This document shows, piece by piece, positions 1 through 8,632 of a stretch of 43,901 nucleotides of DNA. Each line of letters begins with the position of its first letter. Positions within the stretch are counted from its first letter, which is position 1. Made by a program: the position numbers and the translations under genes. The notes under the pieces were generated by a model. That model did no database searches. It was given only the letters and a program-made list of their open reading frames with translations, and had not been told where the DNA came from. Source of the stretch: Candidatus Magasanikiibacteriota bacterium (GTDB lineage Bacteria; Patescibacteriota; Patescibacteriia; Magasanikbacterales; GWA2-37-8); assembly GCA_963840935.1 (NCBI GenBank), contig CAWJAS010000001.1:1-43901 (forward strand), read 5' to 3'.

Positions 1-296
1 TTACCCTTATAAAAACATTTGTATGGTTTAGGCTGTTCTCTCTTCGCTCGCCGCTACTAAGGGAATCTCTTCGATTTCTTTCCTCCGGTTACTGAGATGT
101 TTCACTTCACCGGGTTGTCTTTACGCACCTATGTATTCAGTACGCAATATCTCGATTAAATCGAGATGGGTTCCCCCATTGGGAGATTCCGGGTCACGGG
201 TTGCTTGGGACCTCTCCGGAGCTTATCGCACCCTGCAACGTCCTTCTTCGTCTTTTAGTGTCAAGGCATCCACCGTATGCTCTTAATGAAATTGCA
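1..296 (-). rRNA. rrl: 23S rRNA, 5' portion (runs off window start)
   Basis: Reverse complement reads ...TAAGAGCATACGGTGGATGCCTTG...GAAGTGAAACATCTCAGTA...AGTAGCGGCGAGCGAA, conserved 23S domain I motifs; 5' end approximate, by analogy with E. coli. Confidence 0.95.
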
Positions 297-465
297 CACA
301 ACGAAAACACCAAACAGTGCTTTGGTTATGTTTCTACCCAGCAATTTGTTCCGACTAACTCGAAACAAATCTGCTTTACTTTGTTGAGCTATTGAGTAAG
401 TTGTCAACGTACTATCCGTTTTCAACCTCATTGCTCGTGCCAATAAATTGGCCTGAGCGTGAGAT

Positions 466-491
466 AAAAAAAGAGCCGCCACAAGCGACTC
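466..491 (-). terminator. Intrinsic terminator inside the 23S rRNA leader
   Basis: Minus strand GAGTCGC-TTGTG-GCGGCTC followed by T7. Confidence 0.7.
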
Positions 492-666
492 ATTTTCTAT
501 GAGTTTAAACCGCTTGGATGCTATGAGTAAGATTTAAATTGTTTGATAATGTTAAACATCATCTGTCCCTTAAAGGGTCTTACCCAGAGGTCCAAGTCGG
601 ATACGATTTGTATCCACTAAATTATTGGACATGGTCCGCCTTGGGCGGAGATTAATCGTAAGCAAA

Positions 667-695
667 ATAATAACAAAAAAATAAAAACCTGTCAA
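667..695 (-). promoter_or_regulatory. Sigma70-type promoter for the 23S leader
   Basis: TTGACA (695-690), 17 bp spacer, TATTAT (672-667). Confidence 0.8.
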
Positions 696-759
696 GAGCC
701 GGTTATGTGGATAGGGTGTGGATATTCAGGGCTCTTAAAGCCTTAAAACAGCTTTTTTA

Positions 760-1026
760 TTATAAAACAACGATAATTTCACCGTTTTTGACAATAATAT
801 CATCAGGAGAAAAACGGCCATGTAAATAACCGATTACGATGTTTTTAATAACCCCTTTCCCAATACCGGTTATTATTTTTGCGCCAGATAATTTTTTATC
901 GACGCATTGACACAAAAATTGATCAACTTTCGCTTCAATTTCATCGAGCCGACATAAATGCAAATCAATAGATTGCAAATTATTATCTATTTCAATTGCA
1001 AATTTTTTTGCTTCTAAGATGTCCAT
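760..1026 (-). CDS. Hypothetical protein, 88 aa
   Basis: ATG-started ORF filling the gap between the tRNA element and the rRNA promoter; no recognised motif. Confidence 0.55.
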   Translation of the reverse strand: MDILEAKKFAIEIDNNLQSIDLHLCRLDEIEAKVDQFLCQCVDKKLSGAKIITGIGKGVIKNIVIGYLHGRFSPDDIIVKNGEIIVVL

Positions 1027-1041
1027 ATGCGTGCATGTTTT

Positions 1042-1188
1042 GTGCCGGGGAGAGGACTCGACCTCGGCTCAAATTTTCTTCCGAAAATTTGGCCTAGCCA
1101 CCGCCTCGCGGTTTGTCTCGCCCGCAAGCTCGCCAAACATCGCTCCGGCGTTCTCGTCCTCTCGTAACTAAAACCATTTAGTTACGAG
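1042..1188 (-). repeat. Structured element downstream of tRNA-Leu(TAG), ending in a 20-bp duplicate of the tRNA 3' end
   Basis: gtgccggggagaggactcga at 1042-1061 and 1188-1207; hairpin 1161-1188. Confidence 0.85.
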
Positions 1189-1272
1189 TGCCGGGGAGAG
1201 GACTCGAACCTCCAATCCCTTTCGGGAACATGCTCCTAAGGCATGCGTGTCTACCAATTTCACCACCCCGGC
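1189..1272 (-). tRNA. tRNA-Leu (TAG)
   Basis: GCCGGGG/CCCCGGC acceptor, CATGC-CTTAGGA-GCATG anticodon arm, long variable arm, GTTCGAG T-loop; CCA not encoded. Confidence 0.95.
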
Positions 1273-1316
1273 GTACAGCACAATATATCATATAATATGT
1301 AAAAAATCAAGATAAA

Positions 1317-1348
1317 AAATAACCCTTGATATTAATCAAGGGTTATTT
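1317..1348. terminator. Hairpin downstream of pnp
   Basis: Perfect 14-bp inverted repeat aaataacccttgat-atta-atcaagggttattt. Confidence 0.7.
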
Positions 1349-1358
1349 CAAATATTTA

Positions 1359-3583
1359 TTATCTACTGCCTCTAAAACCTCCGCCACCTTTACGATCGCC
1401 TCCTCGACCACCACTTCTATTAAACCCGCCTCGGCGTTCCATCGGCGGTTGTTCCACATAGCCTTCCGGTTTTGGCAACAAGGCTTTCATGCTCAAATTA
1501 ACTCTGCCCAAATTATCAATTTCTTTAACCACCACATTTACTTTATCGCCCAAATTTAATACGTCGCTCGGTTTATTTGTGCGCGCCCAAGCAATATCAG
1601 ACACATGAACCAATCCGTCCTGCCCAGGCAATATATTTATAAACGCTCCAAAATCCTCCAAACGAACAACAGTGCCTTCATATTGTTCTCCGGCGGTTAT
1701 TTCGTGAGTAATATCATTAACAATTTTTATCGCCTTCTCGAGCCCAACCGCGTCCGATGAGGTAATATTTACGCGTCCATCCTGTTCAATATCAATAGAT
1801 ACTCCGGTATCGGCAATAATCTTATTAATTATTTTTCCACCCGGACCGATAACATCGCGTATTTTATCCGGATTAATTTGTATCGTCACAATTCGCGGGG
1901 CGTATTTTGAAAGCTCTTTTCTGGGCTCTGACAAAGTTTTACTCATTGCTTCCAAAATCTGGAGTCTCGCTTCGCGCGATTGTTTGAATGTTTGTTCTAC
2001 AATATCCCAATTCAAACCATCAGTTTTGGTATCCATTTGGATTGCTGTAATACCATCGGCAGTGCCGGTAATTTTAAAGTCCATCCCTCCCGGACCGTCT
2101 TCAATATCCTGCAAATCAGTCAATATTTTCCAATTTCCATTGTTGTCACTGGCAAGACCCATGGCAATACCCGCCACCGGTTTTTTTATCGGCACGCCCG
2201 CATCCATTAACGCAAGTGTTGAACCGCAAGTAGAGGCCATTGAGCTTGAACCATTTGAACCCAAAACCTCGGAGACAACGCGAATAGCATAAGGAAAGTC
2301 TATTTCATCGGGCAATACCGGAATCAAAGCGCGTTCGGCCAATGCGCCGTGCCCGATTGCTCTGTTTCCCGGTCCGCGAAGAGGGCCGGTTTCACCATAA
2401 GTAGCCGGAGTATCATTGTAATGATGCATATAACGCTTTGTGCCTTCTTCTTCCATGGAATCAAGTGTTTGTACATCACCCGGCGCACCCAATGTTACGA
2501 CCGAAAGAACTTGCGTGTCTCCACGTTGGAATAGGCCGGTGCCATGCGTGCGTGGCAAAAGGCCAACTTCAGAATTAAGTTCACGAATTTCATTCAATGC
2601 TCGCCCATCCAAACGTTCATTCTTTTCCAAAATTCTTTTAGTAATGAACTCTTCGATATATATTTTTATCCTGCTTAAAATTACAGTGGTAATTTTTTCC
2701 TCAGTTTCCTCTACTGACAATTTTTCTTTTATTGCTTCAACAAACCGTTCAACCATTGCCACTCTTTCCGCCCGGCTCTTTTTGAAGAATCAAAAATCCA
2801 ATCATTTTCGTGGCCAGAAATAAATTCTCTCACCTCTTTTTCTTTCTCCTTTAATTTAATTTCAAGCTCGGTTAAATTATTATGCAAATCGATTTTTTCT
2901 TGTCCGATTTCGGCCTGAATTTTTTTGATAAATTCAAGAACCGAAGCAGATTCCTTGGCGCCAAACTGCATGGCAGAAATCACTTCATTTTCCGGTTCCT
3001 CTTTGACTTCCGCTTCAACCATTATTATTTTGTCCGGGGTGCCCGCTACCACCACATCGAGCGTACCTTTTTCTCGTTCGCTGAAAGTCGGATTTAATAC
3101 AAATTTTCCTTCAACTTTGCCGACACGAACTCCCACAATCGGACCATTCCAGGGAATTGGTGAAATGGCAAGGGCAATAGAAGCGGCAATAAAAGCCGGC
3201 ACTTGTGAATCATTTTCACCATCCCAAGAAAGCGCGGTTAAAATCACCTGAACATCGTTTCGCATTGAACTTTCAAACAACGGCCTGATTGCTCGATCAA
3301 CCATCCTGCCCGATAAAATCGCTTCTTCACTCGGACGACCTTCGCGTTTAATAAAACGACTGCCTTTAATTTTTCCGGCAGCATAAAGTTTTTCCTCAAA
3401 ATTAACCATTAAAGGAAAAAAATCGATTCCTTCACGAGTTTGTTTGCTCATTGTGGCAGTCGCCAAAATGACCGTGTCGCCATATTGCACCACGCACGAA
3501 GCCTGAGTTTGAAGAGCCAGCTTTCCAATTTCCACCGAAAGCTTGCGCCCACCCCACTCCATGGACCAGTTTTTTACGTTCAT
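1359..3583 (-). CDS. pnp: Polyribonucleotide nucleotidyltransferase (PNPase), split by a frameshift near 2779-2783
   Basis: N-part has FFPLMVNFEEK and REGRPSE; C-part has RTHGTGLFQRG, SNGSSSMAS, DFKITG, KH (IGPGGK) and S1 domains. Adding one A to an A5 run joins the two ORFs (SKKSRAERVAM). Confidence 0.93.
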
Positions 3584-3595
3584 ATGTTTCCTTTC

Positions 3596-3658
3596 CGAAA
3601 CTGATCCGCGCACTACAGACGCCTCAAAAAGAGTCTATCTGTCCGCGCACCAGTTTCG
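3596..3658 (-). promoter_or_regulatory. Long imperfect hairpin in the pnp 5' leader
   Basis: CGAAACTGG/TCAGTTTCG, TGCGCG/TGCGCG, ACAGA/TCTGT and CTC/GAG helices immediately before GAAAGGAAAC-ATATG. Confidence 0.65.
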
Positions 3659-3670
3659 TTTATTAATTAA

Positions 3671-4231
3671 TTATTTATTTTTTTTAAGAACATTCCGGAT
3701 CAAAAATTTTGCTTTATCCAAGCTCAAATCCGTAAAATCATCAGCTACTTCCTTTAATTTTGACGATGTATTTTCGCCAAAAGCCATTACTTCGACTTGT
3801 TTACCTTGGTTGTATTTCAAATATTCAACCAAAGGCAAAAAATCACCGTCACCCGAAACAAGTATTATGGCGTCAAGGCTATTAGACAAACGAATCGCAT
3901 CAACCGTTAAGCCGACATCCCAGTCCGCCTTTTTTTCTCCACCCCAAAATATTTGCAAGGGTCTTTGTTTGGTTTCAATGCCCAAATTATTCAAAGCGTC
4001 AAAAAAAGGCTGTTCTTCTTTGCTTTCTGTGCTAACCACATAACCGATAGCCCGAATTAATTTTCTTCCACCCACTGCCTCGGTCAAAATATTACCAAAG
4101 CTGACTTTAGCCCCAAAAAGATTCTTGGCGCTATAATACATATTTTGTACATCAATAAACACCCCGACTCTTTGCTCGGGGTGTTTCAAAGGATTCTTTT
4201 TATTCTGGTTGGACTTCATTTTCACTTTCAA
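3671..4231 (-). CDS. NYN domain (LabA/DUF88, PIN-like) protein
   Basis: VFIDVQN, KKADWDV and LVSGDGDF motifs; start could be 4219. Confidence 0.9.
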   Translation of the reverse strand: MKVKMKSNQNKKNPLKHPEQRVGVFIDVQNMYYSAKNLFGAKVSFGNILTEAVGGRKLIRAIGYVVSTESKEEQPFFDALNNLGIETKQRPLQIFWGGEKKADWDVGLTVDAIRLSNSLDAIILVSGDGDFLPLVEYLKYNQGKQVEVMAFGENTSSKLKEVADDFTDLSLDKAKFLIRNVLKKNK

Positions 4232-4562
4232 TTATTTCTTCTTCCAGATTTTCTTCCTCGTCTTCTTCCTTGGAATTAAGACTTTTTATTTCTCTGGATT
4301 TCTTAATTTTTAACTTTTTTACCAATTCCTCATAGGACTCCGGATTTTCTTTTTTCAGATAACGCATCAAACGTCGTCTTGTGCTTACTTTGCGAAGCAA
4401 ACCGCGCCTGGATGAGTGGTCCTTGGGGTGCATTTTGAGGTGCTTAATAAGCTCCTCAATCTCGGATGTTAAAATTGCTATCTGCACCTCGCTTGAACCG
4501 GTGTCTCCTTCGTGGACCGCATATTTCTTGATAACTTGCTGTTTCTTTTTTGTATCTAACAT
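4200..4562 (-). CDS. rpsO: 30S ribosomal protein S15 with an acidic C-terminal extension
   Basis: DTGSSEVQIA and HPKDHSSRRGLL motifs; start reassigned to MLDTKK. Confidence 0.95.
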   Translation of the reverse strand: MLDTKKKQQVIKKYAVHEGDTGSSEVQIAILTSEIEELIKHLKMHPKDHSSRRGLLRKVSTRRRLMRYLKKENPESYEELVKKLKIKKSREIKSLNSKEEDEEENLEEEIIESENEVQPE

Positions 4563-4641
4563 ACATGCATAATTTTTACCGAGCGCGCCAAAGGCATGTC
4601 TTTGCCGGTTCGGAGGATTTTCCCTTAATTTAAACAAATAA

Positions 4642-4670
4642 AGCTTATCAGAAAAACGATTGTTTGTCAA
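4642..4670 (-). promoter_or_regulatory. Promoter of rpsO-NYN-pnp
   Basis: TTGACA-17 bp-TAAGCT with a TGn extended -10. Confidence 0.65.
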
Positions 4671-4686
4671 GGTGAAGCATCGTTGG

Positions 4687-5175
4687 CTAATCACAAGTGC
4701 CTATTTCTACAGTATCTCCATCGGCAATGCACTTTTGCTCATCAGAGTCAGTTAATATGGGGGTACAGCGATGGTCCATTGTTGTACATATTTTGCTTTC
4801 GCCTGATTGGCTAACGCCTGTTACGCGCCTTAACACAAAAGTGGCAATGGCATAAGAAAATACCACAACAATCAAACCAATAATAGCTGCTTCAAGAATA
4901 CCTTTGGCTTTGGTTACAAATTCCTCTTTGCCTCTTGCCGTTAACCAAATAATACCACCATATAATGTCAAACCGAAAAATACTAACGCCATTAATCCCA
5001 AAAAGGCGGAAATTGCCACTTGAATTCTTCCTTCAATTGAAGCTGATGTGCCTTCGGTTTCGTACCCGGCCTGAACGGCAGTTTTATCAAGGCCAAAAGC
5101 CCCGGCTGAAAAAGCGGTTTGGACACAAAAAAAACAAGCAAAAATCGCTAAAAATATTATAATTTTATTCTTCAT
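4687..5175 (-). CDS. VirB2/TrbC-like pilin with a 4-Cys C-terminal tail
   Basis: Signal peptide, two hydrophobic helices flanking GIIWLTARGKEEFVTKAK. Confidence 0.8.
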   Translation of the reverse strand: MKNKIIIFLAIFACFFCVQTAFSAGAFGLDKTAVQAGYETEGTSASIEGRIQVAISAFLGLMALVFFGLTLYGGIIWLTARGKEEFVTKAKGILEAAIIGLIVVVFSYAIATFVLRRVTGVSQSGESKICTTMDHRCTPILTDSDEQKCIADGDTVEIGTCD

Positions 5176-5256
5176 ATAGAATATTTATATAGCATATTAT
5201 ACCTTATCTTGATTTTTTCCGCAAAACATGCTAAAATGTTGCTTATAGTCGCTTGC

Positions 5257-5328
5257 GACCCCGTAGTTCAATGGATAGAACAAGAGCCTTCTAAGCTCTG
5301 GATCTAGGTTCGATTCCTAGCGGGGTCA
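5257..5328 (+). tRNA. tRNA-Arg (TCT)
   Basis: GACCCCG/CGGGGTC acceptor; AGAGC-CTTCTAA-GCTCT anticodon arm. Confidence 0.95.
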
Positions 5329-5367
5329 CAAATTTCTATACCTGTTAAACAGCTAATTTAAAAAAAT

Positions 5368-5898
5368 ATGCGCGAAGGCGATCCTAATGTCGAGCCAAAA
5401 ACAACAACTGACAGCGAGACTCCAGGAAACAATGAACAGCATAAAAAACCAACAAAAGAAGAGTTGGAAATATTGGAGTGCTTCACAAAAGACCATCCCA
5501 AATCGGCCGTTCAGGTGGAAACACGGCGTCATTGCGAGAAAGAAAAAGACCAGTTTCTGCGGATGGTTGATGAATTCATGCATAATAACTCGCTCGAAAG
5601 ACTTAATGCCGTTTTGGATGTATCACCCGCACTTTATGATTTATTGGTCCACTATAAAGGATGGACTGCAGAAAAAATTGAAACTGCGCTAACTAACCTT
5701 ACTCCGGAAGACGCAACAAAATACAAAGACCGATTAACAGCCAACAATGACCTAATACCGATCGTGGCGTTGATGAATAAAATAGAAAAAGAGACAGACA
5801 TTACGCAGGCCGAATTCGCCAAATTGGAGGACGCTTATAAAAAATTGTCTCGTGCTGTCGGCATAATAAACAATAACAAGGTCGACCACACCAGATAA
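5368..5898 (+). CDS. Hypothetical soluble protein, 176 aa
   Basis: Long ATG ORF between two tRNAs; no motif recognised. Confidence 0.7.
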   Translation: MREGDPNVEPKTTTDSETPGNNEQHKKPTKEELEILECFTKDHPKSAVQVETRRHCEKEKDQFLRMVDEFMHNNSLERLNAVLDVSPALYDLLVHYKGWTAEKIETALTNLTPEDATKYKDRLTANNDLIPIVALMNKIEKETDITQAEFAKLEDAYKKLSRAVGIINNNKVDHTR

Positions 5899-5997
5899 AT
5901 GATGATTCGTGGCATATCTTGCAAAGCTTCAAGCATTACGCGTACATCTTGATTTGTACAGCAAATTCTGCTAAAATCAAAAGGTTAAAAATTACAT

Positions 5998-6069
5998 GGC
6001 GGCCATAGTTCAACGGCAGAACACTGGTTTGTGGCACCAGTTACCTGGGTTCAATTCCCAGTGGTCGCC
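5998..6069 (+). tRNA. tRNA-His (GTG)
   Basis: Encoded G-1:C73 pair; CTGGT-TTGTGGC-ACCAG anticodon arm. Confidence 0.95.
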
Positions 6070-6134
6070 CAAAAACGTAAAACTTCTCGCGGTGGTTTAT
6101 AATTCTGCATATTTGTCACCTGATTTGGCAAACT

Positions 6135-7238
6135 ATGAACCAGGTAAAAAAAATTCTATTTGTTTCATGTTCCGCCGGCGCCGGTCACAAAAGAGCGGCG
6201 GATGCTTTGCATTTAACCTGCAAACAATTATACCCGCATATTGATTCGGAACACATTGATATTATTGAATATTCCGATTGGCTAATAAAAAAATCCGTTT
6301 CGTCAGGATATAATCTTTTGGTTAAACACGCTCCGGAATTGTTTGGCCTTTTGTATGACGCCGGAGATTTTTCAAAAACAGCCGAGCTTCTTAACAGCTT
6401 TTCTTTACTTTTAAAAATTAACACTAGACGTCTCAATAAATTCGTGGCGAATTATAATCCGGACATAATAATTTGCACTCATTTTTTGGCTACGGCTTTT
6501 CTAAGAAAATTTGCAGAGCGAATCCCTGTGGATATGCTCATAACGGACTATGAATTAAATAAAATAATGCTTAACCCATCTGTGAGATATTTTTTCGCAC
6601 CAAGCGAAGATATCGTGTCTGATTTGACGCGATATGGAAAAAAATCTTTTGCCACGGGCATTCCTGTTCACCCTGAATTTAAAAAGGAAAAAGATTTGAG
6701 CCTTTCGGCAAAGCATTTTCAATTGAACACAAAAATTCCAACAGTTCTTCTTATGACCGGAGGCGGAGGATTGACCGACTCAAGCAAAATTATGGCTAAC
6801 TTAACAAAAAATATTTCGGACGCGAATATCATTGCCATTTCCGGAAAAAATAATAAAAAATTATTCGACAAGCTCAACAAAGCTCTTCATCCTAATAATT
6901 CATATTCAAATATTATTGAATACACAGACCGAATCGACGAGATCATGAAATTATCGGATGTGATAATAACAAAACCCGGTGGATTAACTGTAACAGAGTG
7001 CCTTTTTTTAAAAAAACCACTATTGCTTATTTCACCTATCCCCGGCCAAGAAAAAGCGAATATAAAATTCGTTGAAAAAAATAATTATGGCCGGCATATT
7101 ACCGACCATAATTTAATCCACATTGAAACAAATAATTTATTAACCGGAAAAAATTCTTTTTCTTCTCCGTCTTTGCCGATTGATTCGTGCGAACAAATAT
7201 TGAAAATATCTCTCGATCTCCCTACTCAAACGGAATAA
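6135..7238 (+). CDS. GT28-family glycosyltransferase (MGDG synthase/UgtP-like)
   Basis: GAGHKRAA, IICTHF, ITDY, TGIPV, ITKPGGLT and PIPGQE motifs. Confidence 0.88.
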   Translation: MNQVKKILFVSCSAGAGHKRAADALHLTCKQLYPHIDSEHIDIIEYSDWLIKKSVSSGYNLLVKHAPELFGLLYDAGDFSKTAELLNSFSLLLKINTRRLNKFVANYNPDIIICTHFLATAFLRKFAERIPVDMLITDYELNKIMLNPSVRYFFAPSEDIVSDLTRYGKKSFATGIPVHPEFKKEKDLSLSAKHFQLNTKIPTVLLMTGGGGLTDSSKIMANLTKNISDANIIAISGKNNKKLFDKLNKALHPNNSYSNIIEYTDRIDEIMKLSDVIITKPGGLTVTECLFLKKPLLLISPIPGQEKANIKFVEKNNYGRHITDHNLIHIETNNLLTGKNSFSSPSLPIDSCEQILKISLDLPTQTE

Positions 7239-7651
7239 ACTCTTCTTGAGACGGCTGTGTTTTCACCGCATTACGGTTCCCTCCTGTTGCCATATAGACC
7301 ACAAAAGTGGTAATCGCGTAAGATAAAATAACAATAATAAATCCTATCACCGAAGCGGTGATTATTTTTTTTGCCTTTCGCGACTTGTTCTTCGTTTCCT
7401 CCGGCCGTCATCCAAGTCGCCCCTGCATAAATCATTAATATCAAGAAAACAGTGCCAACAACGCCAAAAGCTGCACGGATAATTACTGCGGCGGTTGTAC
7501 GCGGGTCTTGTGGGGAAGAATAACCGGCTCCTTCTTCCGCAGCTGCTTTTAATTGACCTTCGATGGCAGTAATTTGAGCGGAAGTGGATATCGCCGCAAA
7601 TATTCCGACCGCCAAAATAAAGAGAAAAATAATTTTTTTATTTATTTTCAT
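7222..7651 (-). CDS. VirB2/TrbC-like pilin, frameshifted at an A8 run (7365-7372)
   Basis: GATWMTAGGNEEQVAK; removing one base restores KKIITASVIGFIIVILSYAITTF and a TAG at 7222-7224. Confidence 0.75.
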
Positions 7652-7660
7652 ATATTAAAA

Positions 7661-8245
7661 TTACATACTTGCTTCAAAAGCGCATCCTGTTTCTTGGGTA
7701 ATATATGGGGTGCAGGATTCACCCGGATACCAGCGATTACCTGTTCCTGACCATTTTGTGTTACAGTGCCCGGCGCTGGCTGTTTGTGTGCATTTCTCTT
7801 CATTTGCACTTACACAACACCCAAGTTTTGGCGAGCTTCCCGACCCACCCACATCAGCGCTGGGCGCTTGAGCGCCAATAATAAAATTAAAAACCAAGGC
7901 GGTAATACCATAGGCCGCCACGACTATTACAAGCCCCACGAGCGACGAGGTAATTATTTTCTTCGCTTTGCTTATCGACTCTTCGTTGCCAGATGCGGTC
8001 ATCCAAAGAACGCCGGCATAAATTGTTAAAACCAAAAATAAAACACCAATAACAGACAAAACTCCACGAATAATTCCGCCCACTGTTCTTGAAAGTGCGT
8101 ATTCATCGCTCGCTTCATAGCCGGCCTTTTCAGCTATGCTTTGCGCCATGCCGTCATCCCCAAAACCGATATCAACCGCTAAAACCGGAGTAATAAAAAC
8201 CAACAAGCAGGCAAATATGATAATTATCGATATCTTTTTTTTCAT
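7661..8245 (-). CDS. VirB2/TrbC-like pilin with a 6-Cys C-terminal domain
   Basis: GVLWMTASGNEESISKAKK core; tail CC..C..C..C..C. Confidence 0.85.
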   Translation of the reverse strand: MKKKISIIIIFACLLVFITPVLAVDIGFGDDGMAQSIAEKAGYEASDEYALSRTVGGIIRGVLSVIGVLFLVLTIYAGVLWMTASGNEESISKAKKIITSSLVGLVIVVAAYGITALVFNFIIGAQAPSADVGGSGSSPKLGCCVSANEEKCTQTASAGHCNTKWSGTGNRWYPGESCTPYITQETGCAFEASM

Positions 8246-8263
8246 AATTAAAAAAAATTATTT

Positions 8264-8629
8264 TTATGCAATTGGCGCGCTAATACGACCAAGAATAAAA
8301 TTAGTTATAGCGTATGACGCAAGTATAACAACCATTCCAATAATTGATGTCATAAGTATTCTCTTTGCTCTGTCAACTTCCTGGTCACGACCCGCAGCCT
8401 TTAACCACACATAACCGCCGTAAATCATCAATAACAAAAATACTGTGCCCAAAACATAGAATACTCCAGCCAAAACAGTTCCGGTTAATCCTTCAAAATT
8501 CCTTGATAAACCAACGCCTTTATCTTGCATAAACTCCAATTTATCACCAGCGTCTTTTAATCCTTGCGCCAAAACAACCACGGGCATAAGCACGAGCAAG
8601 GAAAGAGAAATTTTACCGATTATTTTCAT
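8264..8629 (-). CDS. VirB2/TrbC-like pilin
   Basis: GYVWLKAAGRDQEVDRAKR core between hydrophobic helices. Confidence 0.85.
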   Translation of the reverse strand: MKIIGKISLSLLVLMPVVVLAQGLKDAGDKLEFMQDKGVGLSRNFEGLTGTVLAGVFYVLGTVFLLLMIYGGYVWLKAAGRDQEVDRAKRILMTSIIGMVVILASYAITNFILGRISAPIA

Positions 8630-8632
8630 ATG

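Noticed and set aside
400-406. TTGACA on the minus strand as an internal 23S promoter
   Set aside because: No -10 hexamer at 16-18 bp; better explained as a boxA/processing-stalk-like motif
201-482. ORFs 201-395 (+) and 261-482 (-)
   Set aside because: They overlap the 23S rRNA and its leader; no protein features
466-660. Canonical T-box riboswitch or 6S RNA
   Set aside because: No UGGNACC bulge or recognisable stem I motifs; multi-hairpin fold rather than one long 6S-like rod
2729-2790. Programmed ribosomal frameshift in pnp
   Set aside because: No precedent known to me, no clear stimulatory structure, and other single-base lesions in the window suggest error
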